Origin: an uncultured Chloroflexota bacterium
GTDB lineage: Bacteria > Chloroflexota > Anaerolineae > 4572-78 > J111
Length of the DNA stretch: 64,000 nucleotides
Assembly: GCA_937864185.1 (NCBI GenBank)
Contig: CALMIS010000275.1
Span: 13,125-77,124 of the forward strand
Reading direction: 5' to 3'
The position numbers and the translations under genes were made by a program. The notes under the pieces are model-generated. The model made no database searches. It saw nothing but the letters and a program-made list of their open reading frames with translations, and was not told the DNA's origin. The number at the start of each line of letters is the position of its first letter. Positions within the stretch are counted from its first letter, which is position 1. Of this stretch, positions 37,751 to 47,977 are shown piece by piece.

Positions 37751-38740
37751 ATGAGCGATCAAGAAACTGCCACCGTTGATCAAGTTGTTGATGGGGAGGC
37801 TCCTGACGAAACGCAGTTGGCCATCCCGGCTGAGCCGATGACCTCGGTTGAGTCTGAAGCGGCGTCCTATGAAGCCGCCGAAGTTGAAGCTTTATCACCG
37901 GCTGAGGCTTCAACTCCCGCAGAAGCTGCTGTGTCTGCCCAAAGTGAACCTTCTGCTGAAGCACCTAATCCCGCCGTCGACAAAGGGACAAGTGAAGACG
38001 AACCTGTTTCAATTCTGGATCTCAATCCGGGCCAATATTTGGTCGGGAAGGTGAAAAACACCACCGATTTTGGGGCCTTTGTCGATGTGGGCTTGCCGCA
38101 GGATGGTCTGGTTCACATCTCTGAGCTTTCGCGCAAGAAAGTGGACAAAGTCACCGATGTGGTCTCGGTCGGACAAGAGATCGAAGTCTGGGTTAAAAAA
38201 GTTGACTCGATGCGCGGCCGGATCAGTTTGACGATGGTCAAACCGATTAAGCGCCGGATCAGAGAGATTAATGAAAATGACGAACTCGAGGGCGTGGTAA
38301 CCCGGCTCGAGTCCTACGGGGCCTTTGTTGATATCGACAGCGAGCGTGACGGCTTGGTGCATATTTCTCAGATTTCGCACGATTATATCGAGAAGCCTGA
38401 GGATGGACTGACTGTCGGCGAGCGGGTTAAGGTCAAAGTCCTAAAAGTTAACAAGAAAAAGCGCCAGATTGATCTGTCTATTAAAGCCCTGCTCGAGCCG
38501 CCGGCCAAGCCGGCTAGAGCTGAGCGGGTCCCTGTCACGGAACCTGAACCAGAGCTGGTTGTGGAAGAGAGGGAAACCGATGAGGAAGAATCGATGCCTA
38601 CGGCTATGGCCGTGGCCTTCTCCTCGCTGCAAGGTAAAGGTAAAACTGACAGATCCGATCAGGCCGATAGTTCAGGCAAAGGCAAGCGAGAAAAGCAGGC
38701 GCTCAGTGATCTGCTGTCGCAAATGGCCTCGCAAGAGTAA
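37751..38740 (+). CDS. S1 RNA-binding domain protein (three S1 domains, acidic N-terminus)
   Basis: Repeated S1 signatures (GKVKNTTDFGAFVDVG..DGLVHISEL; GVVTRLESYGAFVDID..DGLVHISQIS; KVKVLKVNKKKRQIDLSIK). AGGAGA SD upstream. Confidence 0.8.
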   Translation: MSDQETATVDQVVDGEAPDETQLAIPAEPMTSVESEAASYEAAEVEALSPAEASTPAEAAVSAQSEPSAEAPNPAVDKGTSEDEPVSILDLNPGQYLVGKVKNTTDFGAFVDVGLPQDGLVHISELSRKKVDKVTDVVSVGQEIEVWVKKVDSMRGRISLTMVKPIKRRIREINENDELEGVVTRLESYGAFVDIDSERDGLVHISQISHDYIEKPEDGLTVGERVKVKVLKVNKKKRQIDLSIKALLEPPAKPARAERVPVTEPEPELVVEERETDEEESMPTAMAVAFSSLQGKGKTDRSDQADSSGKGKREKQALSDLLSQMASQE

Positions 38741-38758
38741 GTTGAACAGCAAGACAAA

Positions 38759-38790
38759 GGGCCGGCCCCCAGAGGGCTGGCCCTTTTTTA
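38759..38790 (+). terminator. intrinsic terminator after the S1-domain gene
   Basis: 10-bp GC-rich stem GGGCCGGCCC / GGGCTGGCCC (one G-U pair), a 5-nt loop, then TTTTTT. Confidence 0.85.
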
Positions 38791-38866
38791 TTTTTCAGGT
38801 CTAAGTCTGCTGAAGGCCATTGGTTTTGACAGGCTCAACCTATGTCCCAGGTTCCATAGTAGCTGG

Positions 38867-40819
38867 CTAGAGAACGGCAATAGCTTGAGCCAACTGCTGC
38901 TTAAATTCCGGCCGGTTGAAGTGATCCCAGGCAGCGGGAAAGGTAGTTAAAAGCTGATGTCGTTGGTTCAATTGATGATTAAGGTAAGCTACAATCTGAG
39001 CCGGGCTGCGCCGCTCAGCCAGAGGCAGGTTGGGCTGGTGCTGCTCCCATTCCCCCAAAAATTTCTGTAAGATACCGGTGGCTACATCGGCATCTTGCAG
39101 ACTGCCTAGATGATCTTGCATCGCTTTCGTCTCTTCGATCACGGCTTTGGCTTCTTGGCCCAAAACTTCTTGCAGATACTCTATCGTGTAGCGGAAGCGC
39201 TTAAAGGCAATGCGTAGTTGGTGCAGGGTCTCGATGGGGGCGCTATCCAGGCCGGGTTCGTAGGCTCGAACGTGAGCATAAGAGTCGTAAATGAGGCTGG
39301 GGGCAACGTGGCATAACTGGTAGGGCACAGGTTCTTTGCCGGCCGGTATCCGTTTGGCGCCCAGTCCCTCAGTTTTGACAAATTCCAGAAAATTTTGCTT
39401 AAACTTGAAATACTTCTTACTGTCAAGATAGGCCAGCATCTGCTCTCGGGCGCTCCGGCGTTTGGCTGTCCAAGCGTCAAAAAGTGGTTGAAGGTTAGCT
39501 TGCTCAACCTCGGGCAGGGTCTCCTGGTAGTGCTCCAACTTCTCCATAAAGACATCATAGTCGCGAACCGGTCCCAAAGCTTGGCCGGTAGCCCTCAGGC
39601 CATCCAACAGGGGTGCAATCGCTTTTTTGGAGAAGCCCGCTTCAAAGACCCGGAAGGCGGCTCGCAGCCGGCGGGTAGAGACCCGCATATCGTGCAGCGC
39701 CTCGATATCTTTGCCCCGGCGGGTGCCTGGCTCGTGCTTGAGCATCCGGGCAAAATGAAAACCAAGAACCTTACGACCGGCTTCGGCCAGCGAGTCGGTC
39801 GGCTTGAGACCGACTTTTTTACGAACTGGGTAGCGAATCGCCGGGCGGTGGGGAGAACGTTTCTTTTTGGCAGCGTGTTGCTTGGGCTTGGTCTCGGGCT
39901 GGGCCGGTATGGTAGCCTCAATTTCAACGTTGGGCTGAATGCTCATCGGTGGGGGCGCATCACTTTCCCCGGCGGAGTCTTCCTTAGGGAAGATGGTCAG
40001 TCGCTTCTTCCGAAACTGCGTCTGCCAATGCTTCACCACTTTTTCTTTGACTTCAACTTCTTGGGCAATTTGCGTTGAGGCGGCTCCAGACTCGCTCATT
40101 AGAATGATCATAGCTCGGCGCGCCAGAATCTTGGTCGGTTCGCTGGCCAGTTGTTCTAGGGCGGCCCGTTCTTGAGCGGTGAGTTGAAAGAACGTAGATG
40201 GGCTGTGATAAACCAGACCGCGCTCGAATTTACTCTGAAGTTCCGGGGGCAGCGCCCACCGCTCGAGCAGGGTCTGGGCGAATTTGTTCAAGACTGGTTC
40301 GTCGGCATCAGGCAACAGTTCGGCCTCGAGTTCGTAGTAGGCGATCAAATCTTGATCGCCGTACGAAACCTCGTCCAGACTGACTTCAATCACCGGCTGG
40401 TCGTTGAGGACGGCATGAAACTTGTGCCGGGTTTGGTCCAAGATAAACAACGTCGCCAGCGTCGAGTCGCCGATGACGCCGGTGACCAGAGTTTTGGCCT
40501 CACCTTCGGGCCAACTGGAGGGTTGGTCCCCGGGCACTTCTTGCTCAATTTCTTGGCGGCGGTGAAAATTACCGTCTGGAAGGGTAAGAGCTTTGAGGGT
40601 CAAGAGCTGCGTTGGACCGGTCTGCCGGATGCGGCAAGCAAAACCTGCTTTGAGTAATTTTTGATCAGCGTCCAGATAGCGGTCCGAGATGGTTTTTGTC
40701 CCGAGCGGACGCAATTGAAATTCACCCAGCTCGGTGAGGGCTTGTAGGGCGGCAAAGGCTTCGGCATTCGGAATCGAAAATTTGATCTCCGTTTCAATCC
40801 GCCGGGTCGAACTGTTCAT
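38867..40819 (-). CDS. CYTH domain - helix-turn-helix insert - CHAD domain protein
   Basis: N-terminal CYTH signature (ETEIKFSI). A central segment ARRAMIILMSESGAASTQIAQEVEVKEKVVKHWQTQFRKKRL resembles IS630/homeodomain-like HTH. The C-terminal ~300 aa is helical and CHAD-like (HDMRVSTRRLRAAFRVF...LHQLRIAFKRFRYTIEY). The ATG at 40819 has a GGGAGAG SD; the ATG at 40837 does not. Confidence 0.75.
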   Translation of the reverse strand: MNSSTRRIETEIKFSIPNAEAFAALQALTELGEFQLRPLGTKTISDRYLDADQKLLKAGFACRIRQTGPTQLLTLKALTLPDGNFHRRQEIEQEVPGDQPSSWPEGEAKTLVTGVIGDSTLATLFILDQTRHKFHAVLNDQPVIEVSLDEVSYGDQDLIAYYELEAELLPDADEPVLNKFAQTLLERWALPPELQSKFERGLVYHSPSTFFQLTAQERAALEQLASEPTKILARRAMIILMSESGAASTQIAQEVEVKEKVVKHWQTQFRKKRLTIFPKEDSAGESDAPPPMSIQPNVEIEATIPAQPETKPKQHAAKKKRSPHRPAIRYPVRKKVGLKPTDSLAEAGRKVLGFHFARMLKHEPGTRRGKDIEALHDMRVSTRRLRAAFRVFEAGFSKKAIAPLLDGLRATGQALGPVRDYDVFMEKLEHYQETLPEVEQANLQPLFDAWTAKRRSAREQMLAYLDSKKYFKFKQNFLEFVKTEGLGAKRIPAGKEPVPYQLCHVAPSLIYDSYAHVRAYEPGLDSAPIETLHQLRIAFKRFRYTIEYLQEVLGQEAKAVIEETKAMQDHLGSLQDADVATGILQKFLGEWEQHQPNLPLAERRSPAQIVAYLNHQLNQRHQLLTTFPAAWDHFNRPEFKQQLAQAIAVL

Positions 40820-40837
40820 CAGGTTTTGCTCTCCCAT

Positions 40838-40859
40838 AATAGTGTTAGAATAGTGTTAG
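40838..40859. repeat. perfect tandem duplication of an 11-bp unit (AATAGTGTTAG x2)
   Basis: Read directly from the sequence. It lies immediately upstream of the CYTH-CHAD ORF and is followed by a 7-bp hairpin CTTCTAA/TTAGAAG (40870-40889). Confidence 0.85.
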
Positions 40860-41191
40860 GTAACTTAAACTTCTAACGCAACTTAGAAGTGAGGACAAGG
40901 AAGCATACCATATTGCCCAGAAACGGGCTAGTTCACTGCCAGGCCCCTTGGTACCTGTAACCCGATTGTAACTACGATTGGGTAGAATAAAGCCCAGAGG
41001 AGGAGTCTCTCCTACACCGTTTGTGGCCGAACAGACAACGTCAATCCCCGTCTCTCCAGCTCTTGTAGGTTGCCGCTACTATTTCGCCCGGCAATTCCTA
41101 TCTGACGCCCACAAATTTTTAGAATTCATTGAGCTTAAGCAGTCGTGCAGCATCGTTTGCTGTTTATTCAAAGTTGAGGAGCAAGCCAATC

Positions 41192-42178
41192 ATGGTTGAT
41201 TTTTCCACAACCTATATGGGTATCCCCCTAAAATCCCCGCTTGTTGTGGCTGCCAGCACCATTTCCAGTATGACCGACCGGATTGAGTTAGCGGAACAGA
41301 TGGGCGCTGGGGCCTTGGTTATTCGCTCACTTTTTGAAGAGCAAATTTTATACGATCAGCAGCAGTTGAACGACTTCTTGGCAGTTGAAGGCCAGGTAGC
41401 CGAGTCAACCGCCCCGCCTTTTGCCTCAACCACGCTTAAAGGCGCTGAAGAGCACCTGAAGTGGGTGGAACATGCCCGGGAAAAGGTCAACATGCCACTT
41501 ATTGCCAGCCTCAACGCCGTGTCACCCGGTAGTTGGGTAGCCTATGCCCGGCAGTTGGAGCAGACTGGGGTCAATGGTCTGGAGCTGAACGTTTACAGCA
41601 TTGCCACTGATTCTCAGAAACGTGGTGCCGAAATTGAGCAAGAACTGTACCAGATCGTTGAAGCCGTGAGGGCCGAGGTCAACATTCCGGTCGCCGTTAA
41701 GTTAAGTTCTGGCTACACCTCGGTGATGAATGTGGCTACTGAACTGGATCGACGGGGGGTGGCGGCCCTGGTCTTGTTTAACCGTTTTTTCCAACCCACC
41801 ATTGACGTTGAGACCGAGTCGCTGTTCAACGAGATGAGCTACAGCCAGCCGGAGGAGATGAAAGTCCCGCTCCGCTGGACGGCCCTGCTTTATGGCCATG
41901 TTAAAGCGGATTTGGCTTTGACCACCGGCGTGCATACTGGCCAAGACGCGGTCCGAGCCATTCTGGCCGGGGCCACGGTGGTTCAGGTGGCGGCGACCCT
42001 GTTCAAAAACGGCATCCCCTATCTACTGACCATGCGCCAAGAGATGGAAGAGTGGATGGCGCAAAAAGGCTACCAGAGTCTGGCCGACTTTCGGGCTAAA
42101 CTAAGCCAGCAAAATTGCCCCGACCCAGCGGCCTTTGAGCGAGCGCATTACCTCAAATTGATTTTCAGTCAACGCTAA
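41192..42178 (+). CDS. dihydroorotate dehydrogenase-like (class 1 PyrD family) flavoprotein
   Basis: The N-terminus [15 protein letters not shown] and TIM-barrel strand motifs ([16 protein letters not shown]) are typical of PyrD-like proteins. The ATG at 41192 has a GAGGAG SD. Confidence 0.65.
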   Translation: MVDFSTTYMGIPLKSPLVVAASTISSMTDRIELAEQMGAGALVIRSLFEEQILYDQQQLNDFLAVEGQVAESTAPPFASTTLKGAEEHLKWVEHAREKVNMPLIASLNAVSPGSWVAYARQLEQTGVNGLELNVYSIATDSQKRGAEIEQELYQIVEAVRAEVNIPVAVKLSSGYTSVMNVATELDRRGVAALVLFNRFFQPTIDVETESLFNEMSYSQPEEMKVPLRWTALLYGHVKADLALTTGVHTGQDAVRAILAGATVVQVAATLFKNGIPYLLTMRQEMEEWMAQKGYQSLADFRAKLSQQNCPDPAAFERAHYLKLIFSQR

Positions 42179-42213
42179 TTATTGAAGGAAAGGAAATTAA
42201 AAAGGAGGACTTC

Positions 42214-43761
42214 ATGGCGGCTGAAACCGTAGAAGATCTTGATCCAAGAGTAAAACATGTTCGTGAACTAAAAGCCATAGCCAGGCAAGGCGGCGGCGAA
42301 GAGCGCATCAAAGCGCAACTGGCTAAAGGCAAACTGACCGCCCGAGACCGGATCGAGCTGTTGCTGGACGAAGGCTCGTTTCGCGAGATCGACCTGTTTG
42401 TGAAGCGGGGCGAGTCTGAAATATTGGGCGATGGTGTTGTCACCGGTTATGGGACCATCGATCAGCGGCTGGTGTATGTCTATTCCCAGGATTTTACCGT
42501 ATATGGGGGTAGTCTCGGGCAAGGCCACGCCAGCAAGATTATCAAGCTGCAGGATATGGCCATGAAAAACGGGGCCCCGATCATCGGCCTGAATGACTCA
42601 GGTGGGGCGCGCATCCAGGAAGGGGTGTTGAGCCTGGCCGGTTACGCCGATATTTTCTTGCGCAACGTGTTGGCCAGTGGCGTTATTCCGCAGATTTCGG
42701 TTATTCTGGGACCGTGTGCCGGTGGGGCGGTCTACTCCCCGGCCATCACCGACTACATCTTTATGGTCAAGAATACCAGCTACATGTTTGTGACCGGACC
42801 GGATGTGGTCAAGTCTGTGACGCACGAAGATGTGACCACCGAACAACTGGGCGGAGCTGCCACCCACAACGAAATCAGTGGGGTGGCCCAGTTCGCCGCC
42901 GAGAATGAAGAGCACGCCATGTACCTGGTACGGGATCTGGTGGGCTACATCCCCGGCAACAATATGGAAGAGCCTCCACGCCGGCTCTTTGACGATGATC
43001 CGCTCCGCATTGAAAGTAGCCTTGATACTATTTTGCCGGACAACCCTAACAAACCCTACGATATGCACGAGATTATCCAGGCCGTGGTGGACAACGGCAT
43101 CTTTTTGGAGGTGCACGAACACTATGCCAAGAATATTATCGTCGGCCATGCTCGGCTCAATGGCCGGAGTGTCGGCATTGTGGCTAACCAGCCGCAAGTG
43201 CTGGCCGGGGTGCTGGATATCAACGCTTCGGCTAAGGCCGCCCGTTTTGTGCGCTTCTGCGACTGCTTCAACATTCCTCTCATTACCCTGGTCGATGTTC
43301 CCGGCTTTTTACCGGGCGTGGGACAAGAACATGGCGGCATCATTCGGCATGGAGCCAAGTTGCTCTACGCCTATGCCGAGGCCACGGTCCCCAAAATTAC
43401 TCTCATTATTCGCAAAGCCTATGGCGGGGCGTATGACGTGATGAGTAGCAAACACATTCGGGCCGATATTAACCTGGCCTGGCCGAGTGCTGAAATCGCG
43501 GTGATGGGGCCGGAGGGCGCCATAAATATCTTAAATCGCCGTGAGTTGGCCGAAGCAGCCAATCCGGAGGCGCTCCGGGCTGAACTGGTTCGAGAATACC
43601 GGGAAAAGTTCGCTAACCCATATGTTGCGGCCGGCTGGGGCTACCTGGACGACGTAATTGAACCTAGTCAGACTCGTATTCGCCTGATCAACGCTTTGGA
43701 GATGTTGCAGAACAAACGAGATGAAAATCCACCCAAGAAACATGGGAACATTCCGCTGTAG
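42214..43761 (+). CDS. acyl-CoA carboxylase carboxyltransferase (beta) subunit, propionyl/methylmalonyl-CoA type
   Basis: 515 aa. The two crotonase-like halves carry [11 protein letters not shown] and [10 protein letters not shown] motifs. Perfect AAAGGAGG SD. Confidence 0.9.
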   Translation: MAAETVEDLDPRVKHVRELKAIARQGGGEERIKAQLAKGKLTARDRIELLLDEGSFREIDLFVKRGESEILGDGVVTGYGTIDQRLVYVYSQDFTVYGGSLGQGHASKIIKLQDMAMKNGAPIIGLNDSGGARIQEGVLSLAGYADIFLRNVLASGVIPQISVILGPCAGGAVYSPAITDYIFMVKNTSYMFVTGPDVVKSVTHEDVTTEQLGGAATHNEISGVAQFAAENEEHAMYLVRDLVGYIPGNNMEEPPRRLFDDDPLRIESSLDTILPDNPNKPYDMHEIIQAVVDNGIFLEVHEHYAKNIIVGHARLNGRSVGIVANQPQVLAGVLDINASAKAARFVRFCDCFNIPLITLVDVPGFLPGVGQEHGGIIRHGAKLLYAYAEATVPKITLIIRKAYGGAYDVMSSKHIRADINLAWPSAEIAVMGPEGAINILNRRELAEAANPEALRAELVREYREKFANPYVAAGWGYLDDVIEPSQTRIRLINALEMLQNKRDENPPKKHGNIPL

Positions 43762-43770
43762 AAGGGGACG

Positions 43771-45285
43771 ATGATGATTAAGTTCAAGAAAGTCCTAATC
43801 GCTAATCGCGGCGAAATTGCAGTGCGGATTATCCGCGCCTGTGACGAGCTGGGGATCAAGACGGTGGCGGTCTATTCGGAGGCTGACCGGATGGCGCCGC
43901 ATGTGCGCATGGCCGATGAAGCCTATCTCATTGGCTCGCCGCCGGCCTTGGAAAGTTATTTGCGGGTGGATAAGCTGATTGATGTCGCCAGGCAAGCCGG
44001 AGCCGACGCCGTGCATCCCGGCTACGGCTTTCTGGCCGAGAAAGCGGATGCGGCTCAAGAGTTTATAAAAGCCGGCATTACCTGGATCGGGCCGGACCCT
44101 AACGCCATTGAGTTGATGGGTGATAAATTAACCGCCCGATCAACGGTAGCCGCGGCCGGCATGCCGTTGGTACCCGGGATCGGCAAAGCGGGCCGGATGA
44201 GCGATGATGAGTTACTGACTGCCGCTGAGCACGTGGGCTTCCCTCTGCTGGTAAAGGCCGCGGCCGGGGGTGGCGGTAAAGGCATGCGCAACGTCCATGC
44301 GATGGCAGATTTACCGGAAGCGATCCGCGTCGCCCGCCGTGAAGCGCAGGCGGCATTTGGCGATGATCGGGTTTACCTGGAAAAGTTGATCACCAATGCC
44401 CGTCACATCGAAATTCAACTGTTGGGAGATCAACACGGCAATGTCATCTACCTGGGTGAGCGGGATTGTTCGTTGCAGCGCCGCCACCAAAAGCTAATCG
44501 AAGAGTCACCCTCCCCGGTGGTGGATGAAGTCTTGCGGCATAAGATGGGTATGGCTGCCGTCAAAGCAGCACAGGCAGTTAACTACTTTTCGGCGGGCAC
44601 CGTAGAATTTGTGATGGATAATGATACCAAGGACTTCTACTTCCTGGAGATGAACACCCGCCTGCAAGTTGAACACACCGTAACCGAGATGGTGACCGGG
44701 GTGGATATTGTCAAAGAGATGCTGCGGATCGCGTCTGGAGAAAAGCTGCGCTATCGCCAGATTGATATCCAGCTCAAAGGCCACGCCATCGAATGCCGGA
44801 TCGTGGCCGAGGATCCTCGGACCAACTTTATGCCGGGGGTGGGCCAAATTGTCGGTTTAAGTTTGCCCACCGGGCCGGGTGTTCGGGTCGACACCGGGAT
44901 CTACTACGGCTCTCAGATTACGACTTTTTACGATTCGCTGATTGCCAAGTTGATCGTCTGGGATGAAACGCGGGATGAAGCCATCATTCGTACTCGCCGC
45001 GCCCTGGAGGAGTTTCAAATTTCCGGGGTCACGACCGCTATACCTTTCTTCTTTCAAATGATGAACAACCCCGACTTTCAGAGCGGCCGCATCCACACCA
45101 AGTATCTGGAAGAAGAGTTTATGCTGAAAGAAGTGCGGACGCCGGAACTGATGCGCATTGCGGCCTTAGCCGCGTCAATGCTGGCCCATCAACGCACCCG
45201 CCAGGCCGTGATCTTAACGCCTGAAGCGGGCGCTACCCCCTGGCGACTCTACGGCCGGCGTGAAACACTCGACCGGAGGTTGTAG
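43771..45285 (+). CDS. biotin carboxylase subunit of acyl-CoA carboxylase
   Basis: ATP-grasp motifs (KAAAGGGGKGM, EMNTRLQVEH) and the N-terminal KVLIANRGEIAVRI motif. Confidence 0.9.
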   Translation: MMIKFKKVLIANRGEIAVRIIRACDELGIKTVAVYSEADRMAPHVRMADEAYLIGSPPALESYLRVDKLIDVARQAGADAVHPGYGFLAEKADAAQEFIKAGITWIGPDPNAIELMGDKLTARSTVAAAGMPLVPGIGKAGRMSDDELLTAAEHVGFPLLVKAAAGGGGKGMRNVHAMADLPEAIRVARREAQAAFGDDRVYLEKLITNARHIEIQLLGDQHGNVIYLGERDCSLQRRHQKLIEESPSPVVDEVLRHKMGMAAVKAAQAVNYFSAGTVEFVMDNDTKDFYFLEMNTRLQVEHTVTEMVTGVDIVKEMLRIASGEKLRYRQIDIQLKGHAIECRIVAEDPRTNFMPGVGQIVGLSLPTGPGVRVDTGIYYGSQITTFYDSLIAKLIVWDETRDEAIIRTRRALEEFQISGVTTAIPFFFQMMNNPDFQSGRIHTKYLEEEFMLKEVRTPELMRIAALAASMLAHQRTRQAVILTPEAGATPWRLYGRRETLDRRL

Positions 45286-45314
45286 TCTCAGCCCTATGAC
45301 AAGAGGTGAACACT

Positions 45315-45812
45315 ATGAAATATGTAGCCATGATCGATAACCAGAAGTTTACGGTCGACATTTCCCGGATGGGTGAAATCATCCTTGACGGCGAAGTAAT
45401 CAATGCCGACCTGCAGCAGTCTCTCGATAAGACCATTTACTCAATCATTGTCGGCAACGAGTGCTATGATGTGCGCATCTATCCGGGCGAGGACTTTTAC
45501 ACGGTCGAACTTCGCGGTGAAATCTACGAAATTGTCGTGGAAGACGAACGCACCCACCGGCTGGCCGGTATTAAGAGCAGCCTGGGCGCAATGACCGGGG
45601 AGTACGTCCTGAAAGCGCCGATGCCGGGCGTAGTGATTGATGTGCCGGTAACTCTGGGACAAGAAGTCAGTAAGGGCAGCACAGTGGTGGTCTTAGAGTC
45701 CATGAAAATGCAAAATGAGCTCAAAGCCCCCCGCGACGGCAAAATCCACGCGGTTCGGGTGGCAAAAGGCGATAAGGTGGATCTTAACGCTATCTTAGTC
45801 ACTATCACCTAA
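45315..45812 (+). CDS. biotin carboxyl carrier protein
   Basis: C-terminal biotinyl domain with ESMKMQNEL (the biotinylated Lys in MKM). The ATG at 45315 has an AAGAGG SD; GTG at 45306 is an alternative. Confidence 0.85.
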   Translation: MKYVAMIDNQKFTVDISRMGEIILDGEVINADLQQSLDKTIYSIIVGNECYDVRIYPGEDFYTVELRGEIYEIVVEDERTHRLAGIKSSLGAMTGEYVLKAPMPGVVIDVPVTLGQEVSKGSTVVVLESMKMQNELKAPRDGKIHAVRVAKGDKVDLNAILVTIT

Positions 45813-45858
45813 GCCCTCCCTCCCTACCTCGTTGCAATGCCAACTTCTCCGTAAACAA

Positions 45859-45891
45859 TTGAGGCAGGTTATTTTCAAACCTGCCTCAATT
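45859..45891 (+). terminator. hairpin terminator after the carboxylase operon
   Basis: Perfect 12-bp stem TTGAGGCAGGTT / AACCTGCCTCAA with a 7-nt loop. The trailing T-tract is weak. Confidence 0.6.
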
Positions 45892-46027
45892 ATCATTCCC
45901 ACTCAGAATAAGCTATAATATTGAAGCTGTTTTTTTCGCTGCCGGCTCGTGTTCCGTGGTCCAGGGCCGGCTCACAGCTTGGATTAATCTGTTTCGCTTA
46001 CACCTGCATCGTCGCGTAGGATTGTTA

Positions 46028-47974
46028 ATGACCAACTCCGGAGCCAAACCGAAAAAAGTGCCTCAGACCAGTCCATTTCTCTCTAACCGGTTTAGCGAGG
46101 CCAAACAGAGCCTTATCGATCAGGATTTCACCCAACGTCTTTTTGAAGAGCTGAAAGAAGTCACTGCCCTCTACAATACCGGTGTAGCGCTCAATTCTAG
46201 CTTAAACCCCAAAGACGTCATCCTGACTTTGTACCAAGAGGCCAGTCGCCTCATCGATACTTCAAACTTTGCCCTGGTGATCTACGATCAACCCGTCGAG
46301 ATCTTGCGCTTTGCTCTGGTTTTTAATCGGGGGCGGCAACTTAAACCGCTTTCGATCAAAATCGGAGGAAAATCTGGCTTGACGGTATCTGTGGTGCGCA
46401 CCGAAGCCCCTATTATGCTAAATGACCGGTCGGACGCAGATCTGGCGTTCGAACTCAAGTTCGATCACGAAAGCGATCGGCCTCGCTCCTGGTTAGGGGT
46501 CCCGATCGTCAATCCCCTCATCGGTGATGAGTCGCCTCAGGGCGCGCTGCTCCAATGGAGTTACGAACCCAACGCTTTTAATCCCCATGACATCCAACTG
46601 TTGTCGGCCATTGGGACCCAGGTCTCTATTGCTTTGCGGAATGCCCGACTCTATGACTCGACTCAGCGCCGGGCGGCTGATATGGCCCACTTAAATGATT
46701 TGGCCCAGCGCCGGGCCGATGAGATGGCCTTTTTATACAATGTGGCCCGCACCCTCTCTTCGTCTCTACACCTTGATCGCGTTTTAACCAAGATGATGGA
46801 GCAAGTTGAGGAGATGCTCGACGTTGAGGCCGGTTCGCTGTTGCTAACCGATGCAGACACCGGCGATCTGGTCTTTCAGATCGCGCTCGGCGAGAAGGCC
46901 GACCAAGTTAAGCCGTTCCGAGTCCCTAAAGGTCAAGGCATTGTTGGCCAGGTGGCTGAGTCTGGCAAGCCGCTCCTGGTTTCAGATGCGGGCAAGGATA
47001 ATCGCCATTTCAAGGCCGTCGATGAGACCACTCAGTTTGTGACCCGCAATATTTTATGCGTCCCGCTGCTGAGGCAAGATCAGGTCATCGGCGTGCTAGA
47101 AGTGCTCAATAAAAAGGTGGGCGAGTTTACCGAAAATGACGCCAACTTGCTTAGCTCGATTGCGTCCTACGCCGCCATCGCGATTGAAAATGCGCGGCTG
47201 TATGAAACGTTGGAAGAGCAGCACAATCGCCTGATTGAAGCCGAACAAGAGGCGCGCAAGTGCCTGGCCCGCGATCTCCACGATGGGCCGACCCAACTGA
47301 TCGCCGCCATTCAAATGAATCTTGATTTTGTCACTAAGGCGATTCAGAACAACCGGGTTGACCTGTTACCCAGTACCTTGAAAGAGATGCAGGACTTGGC
47401 CATGCGGGCCAGCCACCAGATGCGCACGCTGCTGTTTGAGCTAAGGCCTCTTGTGTTGCAGAGTTCAGGGATAAGCGCTGCTCTAAAAGTGTTTTTGGAG
47501 CGCCGCCAGAAAGATATTCAAGACACCCAGCCGACAAAACTGCATCTTAACATCGAAACCGACCAACCCAACGGTGAAGTCTCCCGCCTTGACGAGAAGG
47601 TTGAGACGATGCTGTTTGCAATTATTCAGGAGACGGTTAACAACGCCATCAAACATGCTCAGGCCACGAGCGTGACCGTTTCTCTCAAGGAGACTGCGGA
47701 GCGATTAATTGCCACGGTCACCGATGATGGCGTTGGTTTTGATGTAGAGGCCACTATGCGCGAATATGCCACCCGCGGCAGTTTGGGGATGATCAATCTC
47801 CGCGAACGGGCCGAGGCAGTCGGGGGTGAGTTTGTGATGGAGTCAACGTCCGCCAGCGGGACGCGGGTGGTGATCGATGTGCCGAAGAAGAAGCGCGATC
47901 GGGATCGTAATCGCCGGACCAACACCGGTCGCTTGCGCATGCCGCCCAACTTTCCACCCGAGGCTGGTGGCTAG
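46028..47974 (+). CDS. cytoplasmic sensor histidine kinase, 2 GAF + HisKA_3/HATPase (NarL-partner type)
   Basis: GAF ends SIALRNARLY and IAIENARLY. HisKA_3 H-box LARDLHDGPTQ. N-box ETVNNAIKHA and G-box DDGVGF. No cognate LuxR-type regulator nearby. Confidence 0.85.
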   Translation: MTNSGAKPKKVPQTSPFLSNRFSEAKQSLIDQDFTQRLFEELKEVTALYNTGVALNSSLNPKDVILTLYQEASRLIDTSNFALVIYDQPVEILRFALVFNRGRQLKPLSIKIGGKSGLTVSVVRTEAPIMLNDRSDADLAFELKFDHESDRPRSWLGVPIVNPLIGDESPQGALLQWSYEPNAFNPHDIQLLSAIGTQVSIALRNARLYDSTQRRAADMAHLNDLAQRRADEMAFLYNVARTLSSSLHLDRVLTKMMEQVEEMLDVEAGSLLLTDADTGDLVFQIALGEKADQVKPFRVPKGQGIVGQVAESGKPLLVSDAGKDNRHFKAVDETTQFVTRNILCVPLLRQDQVIGVLEVLNKKVGEFTENDANLLSSIASYAAIAIENARLYETLEEQHNRLIEAEQEARKCLARDLHDGPTQLIAAIQMNLDFVTKAIQNNRVDLLPSTLKEMQDLAMRASHQMRTLLFELRPLVLQSSGISAALKVFLERRQKDIQDTQPTKLHLNIETDQPNGEVSRLDEKVETMLFAIIQETVNNAIKHAQATSVTVSLKETAERLIATVTDDGVGFDVEATMREYATRGSLGMINLRERAEAVGGEFVMESTSASGTRVVIDVPKKKRDRDRNRRTNTGRLRMPPNFPPEAGG

Positions 47975-47977
47975 CCG

